DNA of 32,000 bases from Alkalilimnicola ehrlichii MLHE-1 (GTDB lineage Bacteria; Pseudomonadota; Gammaproteobacteria; Nitrococcales; Halorhodospiraceae), in contig NC_008340.1 in the NCBI RefSeq assembly GCF_000014785.1, positions 2,580,001-2,612,000 of the forward strand. Reading direction: 5' to 3'. Below, piece by piece: positions 9,696 through 20,264 of this stretch. Under the pieces are notes generated by a model. That model was not told the origin of the DNA and made no database searches. It saw nothing but the letters and a program-made list of their open reading frames with translations. The position numbers and the translations under genes were made by a program. Numbering within the stretch: the first letter of the stretch is position 1; every line of letters starts with the position of its first letter.

Positions 9696-11150
9696 CTAGT
9701 CGCGCAGTTTGACGTCCATTTCCTCGCGCAGGCCGGCCATCAGGGCCTGCCATTCGCTCTGGCTGAACACCTGCCGCAGGTCGGCGCGCCAATGCTCGCG
9801 CTCTTCATCGCCCAGGTCGGTGTCGCCGTCGGTGACGGCCACCACCTGCACCACGGCATAGTCGCCGCCCTGCACGCTGGTCCCGCCAACGCTGGGCTGG
9901 CCGTCCACCGGCCGTGGCAGCCGGAAGGCCCGGTCCACCACCTGGGTGGGTACGGCATCGCTCAGGGTGCCGCGGTCCAGGCCCTCGGCGCTGCGCACCT
10001 CCAGGCCCTCTCGCTCGGCCAGTTCCGCCATCTCGGCGCCGGCGGCGATCTCCCGCTCCAGCAGCTCGCCCAGGTTGCGGGCCTGCAGGCGGCCCTGCTC
10101 GCGGGCGAGTTCGCGGCGAATCTCATCGGCCACCTCATCCAGCCCCAGCGGCTCGGCCTCGCGGACATCGTCCACCCGCAGCAGCAAGGCATGGCCGGAG
10201 CCGAGCTCGATCAGCTCGCTGTTGTACCCGAACTCCAGCACATCGTCACTGAAGGCGGCCTCCACCACCTCCGGCCGGCCCCACAGGCCCTCGGCGCTGC
10301 CGTCCTCCGGCACCCAGTCACTGTAGCTCAGCTCGACGCCCAGCAGGTCGGCCGCCGACTGCAGGCTGTCCGGGTCCTCGTAGGCCACGTTCGCGGCGTC
10401 CTCGGTGAGCTCGAAAAAGCGGGTGCTGTCATCGGGGGCCAGCTCGTCCTGGTGCAGCTCGATGTACTCCAGGCGCACCTGGCGCGGTGCCGTATAGCGC
10501 TCGGCGTTCTCCTCATAGTGAGCCTGAACGGCCGCATCGGAGACCGCGTCCGGAGCCTCGTCCGCCGACACTACCAGGTAGTGGATATCGCGCTGTTGGC
10601 GGTCCAGGGCCGCGAGGCGCGCCGTATCCCAGTCACGCACCAGCGCCGAGCCGGTCACCGCCCGCTGGAACTGCTCCACCAGCAGGTCGCGCCGGACCAT
10701 CTCTTCGTACTGATCGGGGGTGAGGCGGTTCGCGCTCAGCAACTGCTGGTAGCGCTCCATGGAAAAGGTGCCGCCCTGGTGGAAGATGTCCTGCTGGCGG
10801 ATCCGCTGGGCCACGGCACGGTCCCCCACCCGCAGGTTGCCGTCGGTGACCAGCACGTGCAGCAGGGCCTCCTCGATAAGGCCGTCCCGGGCCTCCCGGC
10901 GTAGCGTGCTCTCATCGACACCGGCGGCACCCAGGTCGCCGAAGAACTCCTCCAGCTGCCGTTGCTGCTGACGGGCGCGCTCGGCCACCTGCTCGCGCGT
11001 GATCTCAACGCCCTCGACCTCGGCCACCACGCGACCGTCATCGCCGGCGAAGTAACTGTAACCGCCCACCACGATGAAGGGCAGGCTGATGACGATGACC
11101 ACGGCCCAGGCCACCCAGCCTTTGACCGCCGAACGAATCGCTTCAAGCAT
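9696..11150 (-). CDS. ppiD: PpiD/SurA_N-type periplasmic folding factor, apparently lacking the parvulin domain
   Basis: 484 aa: MLEAIRSAVKGWVAWAVVIVISLPFIVVGGYSYFAGDDGRVVAEVEGVEITREQVAERARQQQRQLEEFF...; N-terminal TM anchor and SurA_N region. Located next to hupB as in E. coli. Confidence 0.9.
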   Translation of the reverse strand: MLEAIRSAVKGWVAWAVVIVISLPFIVVGGYSYFAGDDGRVVAEVEGVEITREQVAERARQQQRQLEEFFGDLGAAGVDESTLRREARDGLIEEALLHVLVTDGNLRVGDRAVAQRIRQQDIFHQGGTFSMERYQQLLSANRLTPDQYEEMVRRDLLVEQFQRAVTGSALVRDWDTARLAALDRQQRDIHYLVVSADEAPDAVSDAAVQAHYEENAERYTAPRQVRLEYIELHQDELAPDDSTRFFELTEDAANVAYEDPDSLQSAADLLGVELSYSDWVPEDGSAEGLWGRPEVVEAAFSDDVLEFGYNSELIELGSGHALLLRVDDVREAEPLGLDEVADEIRRELAREQGRLQARNLGELLEREIAAGAEMAELAEREGLEVRSAEGLDRGTLSDAVPTQVVDRAFRLPRPVDGQPSVGGTSVQGGDYAVVQVVAVTDGDTDLGDEEREHWRADLRQVFSQSEWQALMAGLREEMDVKLRD

Positions 11151-11269
11151 TGGACGCCATCCTGAAGAAAACCTGGGGTTGCGTATATGGACCCGCCGGG
11201 CGCACCGTTCGTTCCGGTGCGGGGCCCAGACACGAAAAAGGCGCCACGTGGGCGCCTTCTTCTCGGTGT

Positions 11270-11346
11270 TGGCGGAGCGGACGGGACTCGAACCCGCGAC
11301 CTCCGGCGTGACAGGCCGGCATTCTAACCAACTGAACTACCGCTCC
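11270..11346 (-). tRNA. tRNA-Asp (GTC)
   Basis: Minus strand: GGAGCGGTAGTTCAGTTGGTTAGAATGCCGGCCTGTCACGCCGGAGGTCGCGGGTTCGAGTCCCGTCCGCTCCGCCA. Full cloverleaf, CCA encoded. Confidence 0.98.
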
Positions 11347-11359
11347 GGATTGTAACCCT

Positions 11360-11435
11360 TGGTGGGTGGTGAGGGGATCGAACCCCCGACATTCGCCTTG
11401 TAAGGGCGACGCTCTCCCAGCTGAGCTAACCACCC
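11360..11435 (-). tRNA. tRNA-Val (TAC)
   Basis: Minus strand: GGGTGGTTAGCTCAGCTGGGAGAGCGTCGCCCTTACAAGGCGAATGTCGGGGGTTCGATCCCCTCACCACCCACCA. Full cloverleaf. Confidence 0.98.
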
Positions 11436-11449
11436 CGAACTGGCGGCGC

Positions 11450-11722
11450 TTAGTTTACTGCATCCTTCAGCGCTTTGCCAGCCTTGAAACTGGGAACCTT
11501 GGAAGCCGCGATGTTGATCGTCTCCCCGGTGCGGGGGTTACGACCGGTGCGGGCGGCGCGCTCGCGAACCTGGAAGGTTCCGAACCCGACCAGGGTGACC
11601 TGGTCCCCTTCCTTGAGGGCGTTGGTGACACACTCGACCATCGAATCCACCGCCCTCGAGGCCGCAGCCTTGGAGATGTCGGCGGATTGAGCCACGGCTT
11701 CGATCAGTTCCGACTTGTTCAT
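11450..11722 (-). CDS. hupB: DNA-binding protein HU-beta
   Basis: [90 protein letters not shown]. Confidence 0.97.
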   Translation of the reverse strand: MNKSELIEAVAQSADISKAAASRAVDSMVECVTNALKEGDQVTLVGFGTFQVRERAARTGRNPRTGETINIAASKVPSFKAGKALKDAVN

Positions 11723-11859
11723 TACGCGCTTCCTCTTGGATTCTGTTTCGACGGACAGCCAGCCTGAACCCGTCTGCCCCTCTGGGTGCCCCTATCAGGC
11801 CTCAAAACCCTGCCGCGGGAAGCGAGGTGCTGATTGTACCGGAGCTTCTGGCTTTTGCA

Positions 11860-11886
11860 ACCCCGCCGCCGGGGCGGGGCTTTTTG
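11860..11886. terminator. Terminator-like hairpin between lon and hupB
   Basis: CCCCGCCGCCGGGGCGGGGCTTTTTG. The clean T-run is on the + strand only, so its function as a lon terminator is uncertain. Confidence 0.35.
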
Positions 11887-11989
11887 TTATCGCAGGGCGC
11901 GGAGCGCGCTGCCCCGCGAGTGCGTGCGACGAGTTATAGCAAGGCGCTCTCCGGCGTGTCAACAAAGCAACACGCCGGGAAAACCGTGC

Positions 11990-14440
11990 TCAGTGGGCCC
12001 GCGCGCCTTCGCCGCGCCCCTTGTTCTTGGCTGGCTTCGCGCTGGCCTCGGCGGGTTGTTGCGGCCCCGGCTCGGGGTGTCGCAAAAGTGCAACATCGAG
12101 CACTTCGTCAATCCAGCGCACCGGAATAATCTTCAGCCGGCTCTTGATATTCTTCGGTATCTCCTGAAGATCCTTGCGGTTTTCCTCGGGAATCAGCACC
12201 GTCTTGATGCCCCCGCGCAGGGCCGCCAGCAGCTTCTCCTTGAGCCCGCCGATGGGCAGCACCTCGCCGCGCAGGGTGATCTCACCGGTCATGGCGACGC
12301 TGGCCTTCACCGGGATACCGGTCAGTGCGGAGACCAGGGCGGTGCACATCCCGATACCCGCAGAGGGGCCATCCTTGGGGATGGCGCCTTCGGGGACGTG
12401 GATGTGGATGTCCTTGTTCTGGTGGAACTCCGGATCAAGCCCCAGGCGGTCGGCGCGGCTGCGCACCACCGTGGTGGCGGCCTGAATGGACTCCTTCATT
12501 ACATCGCCCAACTGGCCGGTGTGGGTCACCTTGCCCTTACCCGGCACCACGGCCGACTCGATGGTGAGCAGCTCGCCCCCCACCTCGGTCCAGGCCAGGC
12601 CGGTCACCTGCCCCACCTGGTCGTTTTCCTCCGCCACGCCGTAGCGGAAGCGACGCACGCCCAGGTACTTGTCCAGGTTGCGGGCAGAGACCACCACCTT
12701 GCCGTCGGCGTCCCGGCTGGTCTTGCTGTCCGGGCTGACCAGGTCCTTAACCACCTTGCGGCAGATCTTGGCCAGCTCCCGCTCCAGGTTCCGCACCCCC
12801 GCCTCGCGGGTGTAGTAACGGATGATGTCGCGGATGGCGGTCTGCTTGACTTCCAGTTCCGACTTGCGGATGCCGTTGGCCTTCATCTGCTTGGCCAGCA
12901 GGTAGCGCTCGGCGATGTTGATCTTCTCGTCCTCCGTGTACCCCGGTAGCCGGATGACCTCCATGCGGTCGAGCAGCGGCGCCGGGATGTTCATGGTGTT
13001 GGCAGTGGCCACGAACATCACGTCAGAGAGGTCGAACTCCACCTCCAGGTAGTGATCGGCGAAGGTGCTGTTCTGCTCCGGGTCCAGGACCTCGAGTAGC
13101 GCCGAGGCCGGGTCGCCACGGAAATCCATGGCCATCTTGTCGATCTCGTCGAGCAGGAACAGCGGGTTGCGGGTCCCCACCTTGGCCAGGTTCTGGACGA
13201 TCTTGCCCGGCAGCGAGCCGATGTAGGTCCGCCGGTGGCCCCGGATCTCCGCCTCGTCACGGACGCCGCCCAGCGACATGCGGGTGAACTTCCGGTTGGT
13301 CGCCCGGGCGATGGACTGCCCCAGCGAGGTCTTGCCCACGCCGGGCGGGCCGACCAGGCAGAGGATCGGCCCCTTCACCTTGCGCACCCGCTGCTGTACG
13401 GCGAGGTACTCCAGGATCCGCTCCTTGACCTTCTCCAGGCCGTAGTGATCGGCATCCAGCACCTCTTCGGCGTGTTTGAGATCCTTGCGGACCCGGCTGC
13501 GCTTCTTCCAGGGCACGTCCACCAGCCAGTCCAGGTAGTTGCGCACCACCGTCGCCTCGGCGGACATGGGCGACATCATCTTCAGCTTGTTCAGCTCGGC
13601 CTTGGCCTTCTCGGCGGCCTCCTTGGGCATGCCCGATTCCTCGATCTTGCGCTCGAGGTCCTCGGTCTCGTTGGGCACGTCCTCCAGCTCACCCAGCTCC
13701 TTCTGGATGGCCTTCATCTGTTCGTTCAGGTAGTACTCGCGCTGGCTCTTCTCCATCTGCTGCTTGACGCGCCCACGGATGCGCTTTTCGATCTGGAGGA
13801 TGTCCAACTCCGCCTCAATCAGCGACATCAGGTGCTCGAGCCGCTCGCGCACGTCCTCGATCTCGAGCACGTGCTGCTTCTCCTCGACCTTCAGCGCCAT
13901 GTGGGCGGCGATGGTGTCGGCCAGCCGGCCGGGCTCCTCGATGTTCTGCAGCGAGGAGAGGATCTCCGGCGGCACCTTCTTGTTGAGCTTGACGTACTGG
14001 TCGAAGTGATTCATCGCCGAGCGCATGAGCACTTCCATCTCGCGGTCGGTGGGGGCCTCCTCCTCGGCCACCACCACCACCTGGGCGGCAAAGTACTGGT
14101 CGCGCTCGACCAGATCGACCAGGCGCGCGCGCTCCACGCCCTCCACCAACACCTTCACGGTCCCATCCGGCAGTTTGAGCATCTGCAGGATGGAGGCCAT
14201 GGTGCCGTAGGCGTAAAGATCTTTCGTGGCCGGCTCGTCCACCTCGGCGCTCTTCTGGGCCACCAGGAAGATCCGCTTGTCCTCCTCCATGGCCGCATCC
14301 AGCGCGGCGATCGACTTTTCACGCCCCACGAACAGAGGGATGACCATGTGGGGGTAGACCACCACGTCGCGCAGCGGCAGCACCGGCGCCTCGGTCATGC
14401 CGGGGGTGCGCACGTTGGCGGTCGGTTCGTTCTCGGCCAT
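11990..14440 (-). CDS. lon: ATP-dependent protease La (Lon)
   Basis: 816 aa with Lon N-domain, [15 protein letters not shown] Walker [10 protein letters not shown] Walker B and the [11 protein letters not shown] catalytic serine motif. Confidence 0.98.
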   Translation of the reverse strand: MAENEPTANVRTPGMTEAPVLPLRDVVVYPHMVIPLFVGREKSIAALDAAMEEDKRIFLVAQKSAEVDEPATKDLYAYGTMASILQMLKLPDGTVKVLVEGVERARLVDLVERDQYFAAQVVVVAEEEAPTDREMEVLMRSAMNHFDQYVKLNKKVPPEILSSLQNIEEPGRLADTIAAHMALKVEEKQHVLEIEDVRERLEHLMSLIEAELDILQIEKRIRGRVKQQMEKSQREYYLNEQMKAIQKELGELEDVPNETEDLERKIEESGMPKEAAEKAKAELNKLKMMSPMSAEATVVRNYLDWLVDVPWKKRSRVRKDLKHAEEVLDADHYGLEKVKERILEYLAVQQRVRKVKGPILCLVGPPGVGKTSLGQSIARATNRKFTRMSLGGVRDEAEIRGHRRTYIGSLPGKIVQNLAKVGTRNPLFLLDEIDKMAMDFRGDPASALLEVLDPEQNSTFADHYLEVEFDLSDVMFVATANTMNIPAPLLDRMEVIRLPGYTEDEKINIAERYLLAKQMKANGIRKSELEVKQTAIRDIIRYYTREAGVRNLERELAKICRKVVKDLVSPDSKTSRDADGKVVVSARNLDKYLGVRRFRYGVAEENDQVGQVTGLAWTEVGGELLTIESAVVPGKGKVTHTGQLGDVMKESIQAATTVVRSRADRLGLDPEFHQNKDIHIHVPEGAIPKDGPSAGIGMCTALVSALTGIPVKASVAMTGEITLRGEVLPIGGLKEKLLAALRGGIKTVLIPEENRKDLQEIPKNIKSRLKIIPVRWIDEVLDVALLRHPEPGPQQPAEASAKPAKNKGRGEGARAH

Positions 14441-14559
14441 AGGGTTACCTCAATTGGGAAAGCGGTCCTGCCGGGGCACCATTGGCGCCGGCCTGTCATG
14501 CGTGAGACGTGGGGGCGGCGTTGGCGGTTTTCAAGGCCCGGGTGGTGCTGGGGGGCGGG

Positions 14560-14999
14560 TGGATCGCCGCGTCGCTGCGCTCCTCGCGATGACGGGGAGA
14601 AACCCTCCGGCCCGCGCGATGACGGGGTGGTGGGCCCCCACCGTCACTGCGAGGAGTGGCCCCCAACCGTCACTGCGAGGAGTGGCCCCCAACCGTCACT
14701 GCGAGGAGCGAAGCGACGTGGCAGTCTACCCCTCTGGATCGCCACGGGCCGTCGGCCCTCGCGATGACGGGGGTGGTGCCCCCTGCCCCCGTCACTGCGA
14801 GCCCCGAAGGGGCGTGGCAGTCCATGCCGGGGTGTGGATCGCCGCGTCGCTTCGCTCCTCGCGATGACGGGGAGAAACCCTCCGGCCCGCGCGATGACGG
14901 GGTGATGGGCCCCCACCGTCACTGCGAGGAGGCGAAGCCGACGTGGCAGTCTACCCCTCTGGATCGCCACGGGCCTTCGGCCCTCGCGATGACGGGGGT
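14560..14999 (+). repeat. Repeat cluster B between clpX and lon
   Basis: Several copies of CGTCACTGCGAG...GGATCGCC[AG]CG...CTCGCGATGACG, including a full element at 14790-14869 with a CCCCGAAGGGG arm, plus truncated copies. Confidence 0.9.
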
Positions 15000-15033
15000 G
15001 GTGCCCCGCGATGCCGGCGTCTGCCCCCACCGG

Positions 15034-16311
15034 TCAGTCGGAGGAAGCCGCCCGCGACTGCTCCTGATTGCCGTAGATGATGTAGGGCCGCGTCTCGCCG
15101 CGGATCACGGCGTCGTCCACCACCACCTTTTCAACGTTCTCCATGGAGGGCAGATCGTACATGGTGTCCAGCAGCACGTGCTCGAGGATGGTGCGCAGGC
15201 CGCGGGCACCGGTCTTGCGGTCCATGGCCTTGCGGGCCACGGCGCGCAGGGCGTCCTCGCGGAACTCCAGCTCCACACCCTCCATCTCGAACAGCTTCTG
15301 GTACTGCTTGACCAGGGCGTTCTTGGGCGCGGAGAGGATCTCCACCAGGGCCTGCTCGTCCAGCTCCTCCAGGGTGGCGACCACCGGCAGGCGGCCGACA
15401 AACTCCGGGATCAGGCCGTACTTGACCAGATCCTCGGGCTCCACGTCCTGCAGGGTCTCACCCACCGAGCGCTTCTCGTCCTTGGACTTGATCTCGGCGG
15501 AGAAGCCGATACCGCCCTTCTCGGAACGGTCCTGGATGACCTTGTCCAGGCCGGCGAAGGCGCCGCCGCAGATGAACAGGATGCCGCCGGTGTCCACCTG
15601 CAGGAACTCCTGCTGCGGGTGCTTGCGGCCGCCCTGGGGCGGCACCGAGGCCGTGGTGCCCTCGATCAGCTTGAGCAGCGCCTGCTGCACCCCCTCGCCC
15701 GAGACGTCGCGGGTGATGGAGGGGTTGTCCGCCTTGCGCGAGACCTTGTCGATCTCGTCGATGTAGACGATGCCCTGCTGGGCCTTCTCCACATCGTAAT
15801 CGCACTTTTGCAGCAGCTTCTGGATGATGTTCTCCACGTCCTCACCGACGTACCCCGCCTCGGTCAGGGTGGTGGCGTCGGCAATGGTGAAGGGCACGTT
15901 GAGCATGCGCGCCAGCGTCTCGGCCAGCAGCGTCTTGCCCGAGCCGGTGGGGCCGATGAGCAGGATATTGCTCTTGGACAGCTCCACCTCGTCCTTGCGG
16001 CTGCCCGCCTCGAGGCGTTTGTAGTGGTTGTAGACGGCCACCGAGAGCACCTTCTTGGCGTGCTCCTGCCCCACCACGAACTCATCCAGCACCTGGTTGA
16101 TCTCGTGAGGCCGCGGCAGGCCCGCCCCCGCGGAGCTGGACTGCTCCTGCAGCTCCTCGCGGATAATGTCGTTGCAGAGCTCGACGCACTCGTCACACAC
16201 AAACACCGAGGGCCCGGCGATCAGCTTGCGGACCTCGTGCTGGCTCTTCCCGCAGAAAGAACAGTAAAGGAGCTTGCCGCCGTCGTCTCTGCCGTTGTCT
16301 TTGTCGGTCAT
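15034..16311 (-). CDS. clpX: ATP-dependent Clp protease ATP-binding subunit ClpX
   Basis: [50 protein letters not shown]...; zinc finger, [15 protein letters not shown] Walker A. Confidence 0.98.
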   Translation of the reverse strand: MTDKDNGRDDGGKLLYCSFCGKSQHEVRKLIAGPSVFVCDECVELCNDIIREELQEQSSSAGAGLPRPHEINQVLDEFVVGQEHAKKVLSVAVYNHYKRLEAGSRKDEVELSKSNILLIGPTGSGKTLLAETLARMLNVPFTIADATTLTEAGYVGEDVENIIQKLLQKCDYDVEKAQQGIVYIDEIDKVSRKADNPSITRDVSGEGVQQALLKLIEGTTASVPPQGGRKHPQQEFLQVDTGGILFICGGAFAGLDKVIQDRSEKGGIGFSAEIKSKDEKRSVGETLQDVEPEDLVKYGLIPEFVGRLPVVATLEELDEQALVEILSAPKNALVKQYQKLFEMEGVELEFREDALRAVARKAMDRKTGARGLRTILEHVLLDTMYDLPSMENVEKVVVDDAVIRGETRPYIIYGNQEQSRAASSD

Positions 16312-16513
16312 GACCTGACCTCGCCTCGCGAAATTGGACTTACTTGCAATTAACGATGCCTGTTTTCAAAGTAGCACGCAAGTCAACCACGGCGCGTTGG
16401 TGAGCGCCGCATGAGCGCACCTACAGGCAATATGGAGGATTGCGTAAGGGGGTGCAACGGAAGGGTGGGAGGTCGTCGTGCCCCGGGGCCGTCCCCCGGG
16501 GCACCCGGCGCGC

Positions 16514-17158
16514 TCAGGCCTGATCCAGCGCCTTGCGGTCGGCCAGCACCGCGTCCACCAGGCCGTACTCACAGGCCGTGTCCGGGCTCATGAAGTTGTC
16601 GCGGTCGGTGTCCCGCGCGATGGTCTCCATGTCCTGACCGGTGTGGTGGGCCATGATGCGATTCAGCCGGTCCCGCATGTCGAGGATCTCCCGGGCGTGG
16701 ATATCCACGTCGGTGGCCTGGCCCTGGAAACCGCCCAGCGGCTGGTGAATCATCATCCGCGAGTTGGGCAGCGCGTAGCGCTTGCCCTTGGTCCCGCCGG
16801 TGAGCAGCAGCGCGCCCATGCTGGCGGCCTGACCAATACACACCGTCGAGACATCCGGCTTGATGAACTGCATGGTGTCGTAGATGGCCAGCCCCGCCGT
16901 CACTGCGCCCCCCGGGCTGTTGATGTAGATGTGGATGTCCTTATCGGGGTTCTCCGACTCCAGGAACAGGAGCTGGGCGACGATCAGGTTGGCCATGTGG
17001 TCCTCCACCGGCCCGACCAGGAAGATCACCCGTTCTTTCAGCAGGCGGGAGTAAATATCGTACGCCCGCTCACCCCGGGCGGACTGCTCCACCACCATCG
17101 GCACCAGGCCGGTGGCCTCGATCTCCGGGGCCAGGCCCTCGCGGCGCTCATCGCTCAT
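16514..17158 (-). CDS. clpP: ATP-dependent Clp protease proteolytic subunit ClpP
   Basis: [32 protein letters not shown] and MMIHQPLGG motifs. Adjacent to clpX and tig. Confidence 0.98.
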   Translation of the reverse strand: MSDERREGLAPEIEATGLVPMVVEQSARGERAYDIYSRLLKERVIFLVGPVEDHMANLIVAQLLFLESENPDKDIHIYINSPGGAVTAGLAIYDTMQFIKPDVSTVCIGQAASMGALLLTGGTKGKRYALPNSRMMIHQPLGGFQGQATDVDIHAREILDMRDRLNRIMAHHTGQDMETIARDTDRDNFMSPDTACEYGLVDAVLADRKALDQA

Positions 17159-17164
17159 ACGGGC

Positions 17165-18517
17165 TTACTCCTTCGTCTCGTCTTGCTTGGACTCGCCCTC
17201 GGCCGACTCGGCCTCGGGCTGCTGCGGGCTCATCAGCTCCTGCAGTGACATGGGCTTGTCCTCGACCTGCGCCTGCTGGACCACGTAGTCGACCACCTGG
17301 TCCTCCAGCACGGCCACCTCCACGCCCTCCATCAGCTGACGATTCTGGGCGTAGTAGCGCAGCACCTCTTCGGGCTGCTCGTAGCCGGCCGCCATCTCCT
17401 GCAGCGACTGCATGACCCGATCGCGGTCGAGCTTGATGTCGTTGCTGCGCACCAACTCGTTGACAATCAGGCCCAGGGCCACCCGGCGGCGGGCGTTCTC
17501 CTCGAACAGGGCGGCCGGCAGGTCGTCGGGCTCCTCCTGGCCGGACTGCTGCTGGCGGGACTGCTCCTGCTGGCGCAGCTGGTCGATCTCGGCATCCACC
17601 AGCACCTTCGGCAGTTCGATATCGGTGATATCGAGAAGCTGGTCCATCACCTGATGCTTGACCCGGCTGGCAACGGTCTGGTCGCGCTCGCGCTCCAGAT
17701 TGGTCTTGATCGCCTCGCGCAGCTTCTCGACCCCGCCCTCCTTGACGCCCACCTTCTCGGCGAAGGCATCGTCGATCTCCGGGTACTCCGGGGCCTCCAC
17801 CGTCTTAACCGTGACCGCGAACTGCCCGGCCTTGCCGGCCACCTCGCTGTCGGGGAACTCCTCCGGGAAGGTGTGCTCGATGGTGGTCTCGTCGCCGGCC
17901 TTGACGCCGGTGAGCCCCTCCTCGAAGGCCGGCGGCATCTGCCCGGCACCCAGCACCACGGGCACGTCGTTGCCCTCGTTGCCGGAGAACTCCTCACCGT
18001 CCACGGTGCCCTTGAAGTCGATGACCACCCGGTCCCCCTCCTGGGAGGCGCGGTCCACCTCGTTGTACTCGGCCTGCTGCTTGCGCAGGCGCTCGAGCAC
18101 CTCATCCACGTCGGCGTCGGTGATCTCCACCTGCGGGCGCTCGACCTTGATCTGGTCCAGGCCGGTGACCTCGAAGCTGGGCAGCACCTCGAAGGTGGCC
18201 TGGTACTCCAGGTCCTTGCCCTCCTCGGTCTGCTTGGGCTCGATCTCGGGGTTACCGGCCGGGCGCAGCTCCTTCTCACGCAGCGCCTCACTGTAGGTGC
18301 TCTGGACCAGCTCGCTCAGCACCTCGCCGCGCACCTGGGGCCCGTAGCGCTTGCGCACCACCTTGAGCGGCACCTTGCCCGGGCGGAAGCCGTCCATGCG
18401 AACGTTGCCGCGAAGCGACCGCAGGCGCTGATCCACCTTCTCCTCGACCTGCTCTGCGGGCACCTGCACGGTCATGCGGCGACCCAGCCCCTCGGTCGTC
18501 TCCACTGAAACTTGCAT
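17165..18517 (-). CDS. tig: Trigger factor
   Basis: MQVSVETTEGLGRRMTVQVPAEQVEEKVDQRLRSLRGNVRMDGFRPGKVPLKVVRKRYG...; start reassigned from the longer 18631 ORF. Confidence 0.97.
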   Translation of the reverse strand: MQVSVETTEGLGRRMTVQVPAEQVEEKVDQRLRSLRGNVRMDGFRPGKVPLKVVRKRYGPQVRGEVLSELVQSTYSEALREKELRPAGNPEIEPKQTEEGKDLEYQATFEVLPSFEVTGLDQIKVERPQVEITDADVDEVLERLRKQQAEYNEVDRASQEGDRVVIDFKGTVDGEEFSGNEGNDVPVVLGAGQMPPAFEEGLTGVKAGDETTIEHTFPEEFPDSEVAGKAGQFAVTVKTVEAPEYPEIDDAFAEKVGVKEGGVEKLREAIKTNLERERDQTVASRVKHQVMDQLLDITDIELPKVLVDAEIDQLRQQEQSRQQQSGQEEPDDLPAALFEENARRRVALGLIVNELVRSNDIKLDRDRVMQSLQEMAAGYEQPEEVLRYYAQNRQLMEGVEVAVLEDQVVDYVVQQAQVEDKPMSLQELMSPQQPEAESAEGESKQDETKE

Positions 18518-18587
18518 TGAAAACCCCTTAACCGTCCTGTTCGCGGCGCCGCCGGGCGGCCACCGCCGTGTCTTTGAACTTGATGTG

Positions 18588-18674
18588 TGGTGCGAAAGGG
18601 GAGACTCGAACTCCCACGGGGTCGCCCCCACCAGGACCTAAACCTGGCGCGTCTACCAATTCCGCCACTTTCGC
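18588..18674 (-). tRNA. tRNA-Leu (TAG)
   Basis: Minus strand: GCGAAAGTGGCGGAATTGGTAGACGCGCCAGGTTTAGGTCCTGGTGGGGGCGACCCCGTGGGAGTTCGAGTCTCCCCTTTCGCACCA. Long variable arm, CCA encoded. Confidence 0.98.
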
Positions 18675-18753
18675 GCTTGAATCTTGGTAGCCGGGTAGTA
18701 TAGCGCCAGCAACGCCGCGGGAAAAACCACCCGCTTTACGACGAGGGAGACGC

Positions 18754-19512
18754 ATGGGAACGCTGAAGACGCTCATCGGCCTGCTGGCCATGCCGCTGCC
18801 GCTGGCGGCGGTGCTGCTGTTGGCCGGCCTGCTGGCCGTCGGGTTGGGCCGGCAGCGGCTGGGCCTGACGCTTCTGGCCGCAGCGCCGGCGTTGGTGGTG
18901 GTGCTGGCCTGGGCACCGGTGGCCGACCGGCTGCTCGCCCCCCTGGAGCAGCGCCACCCGCCGGTGCATGACGCCCGCGACCACCCGGAGGCGCAGGCCA
19001 TCGTGGTGCTCGGCTCGGGTTACTCCCCCCACCTGGCCCTGCCGGTCACCGCGCAGCTCAACGACAGCGGCCTGGTGCGACTGAACGAAGGCATCCGCCT
19101 GCACCGCCAGCGCCCGGCGCTCCCCCTGATCGTCTCCGGCGGCGCCCGCCCCGACCAGGCCCCGATCGCCGAGGGCTTCCGCCGCGCGGCCATCGCCCTG
19201 GGCGTTGCGGACGACCGCCTCCTCCCCCTCACCGAGCCCCGCGACACCGCCCAGGAGGCCTATGCCACCCGCGAGGTCCTAGGCGAGGGGGCCACCGTGT
19301 TGCTGGTCACCTCCGCCTCTCACATCCACCGCGCCCAGGCGCACTTCCACCGCGCCGGCCTCAACCCCATCCCGGCCCCCACTCGCCACAAGGCCGGCCA
19401 CGTCCGCCCCGCCACCCCCGGCTACTGGATCCCCAGCGCCACCCACCTGCGCAAGAGCGAACGGGCCCTCTACGAATACATGGGCCTCCTGGCCGCGGGG
19501 CTGGACCACTGA
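18754..19512 (+). CDS. DUF218 / YdcF-ElyC-SanA family membrane protein
   Basis: N-terminal hydrophobic helices, then AQAIVVLGSGYSP...LNEGIRLHRQRPALPLIVSGG...TEPRDTAQEAYATREVLG...LLVTSASHIHRAQAHFHRAGL, the typical DUF218 pattern. Confidence 0.85.
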   Translation: MGTLKTLIGLLAMPLPLAAVLLLAGLLAVGLGRQRLGLTLLAAAPALVVVLAWAPVADRLLAPLEQRHPPVHDARDHPEAQAIVVLGSGYSPHLALPVTAQLNDSGLVRLNEGIRLHRQRPALPLIVSGGARPDQAPIAEGFRRAAIALGVADDRLLPLTEPRDTAQEAYATREVLGEGATVLLVTSASHIHRAQAHFHRAGLNPIPAPTRHKAGHVRPATPGYWIPSATHLRKSERALYEYMGLLAAGLDH

Positions 19513-19545
19513 CAACAAAGCCCCTCGACGATCCACACGCCGCAT

Positions 19546-20243
19546 GGACTGCCGCGCCCCCTTCGGGGGCTCGCAGTGACAGTGGAGGCACCACCCCCCG
19601 GTTATCGCGAGGGCCGCCACCTCCTCCCCGTCATCGCCAGGGCCGCCACCTCCTCCCCGTCATCGCCAGGGCCGCCACCTCCTCTCCGTCATCGCGAGGG
19701 CCGAAGGCCCGTGGCGATCCAGAGGGGTAGACTGCCACGTCGGCTTCGCCTCCTCGCAGTGACAGTGGGGGTACACCACCGCCCGTCATCGCGAGGAGCG
19801 CCCCTCCCCCCGTCATCGCGAGGGCCGAAGGCCCGTGGCGATCCAGAGGGGTAGACTGCCACGTCGGCTTCGCCTCCTCGCAGTGACAGTGGGGGTACAC
19901 CACCGCCCGTCATCGCGAGGAGCGCCCCTCCCCCCGTCATCGCGAGGGCCGAAGGCCCGTGGCGATCCAGGGCGGTAGACTGCCACGTCGGCTTCGCCTC
20001 CTCGCAGTGACAGTGGGGGTACACCACCGCCCGTCATCGCGAGGAGCGCCCCTCCCCCCGTCATCGCGAGGGCCGAAGGCCCGTGGCGATCCAGGGCGGT
20101 AGACTGCGACGTCGGCTTCGCCTCCTCGCAGTGACGGTGGGGGTGGGTCCCCGCTCGCAGCGACGGCGGGGCTTCCCCCGTCATCGCGAGGGCCGCCCCT
20201 CCCCTCGTCATCGCGAGGAGCGAAGCGACGCGGCGATCCATAC
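19546..20243 (-). repeat. Repeat cluster C (inverted orientation of the dispersed element)
   Basis: Repeated CGTCATCGCGAGGGCCGAAGGCCCGTGGCGATCCAG..GGTAGACTGC[CG]ACGTCGGCTTCGCCTCCTCGCAGTGAC, plus truncated copies. Confidence 0.92.
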
Positions 20244-20264
20244 GCCGCCCAGGACCGCCACGCC

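Noticed and set aside
11270-11435. tRNA-associated integrated element at the Asp/Val tRNA pair
   Set aside because: The flanks are core genes (ppiD, hupB) with no integrase and no obvious duplicated tRNA 3' end.
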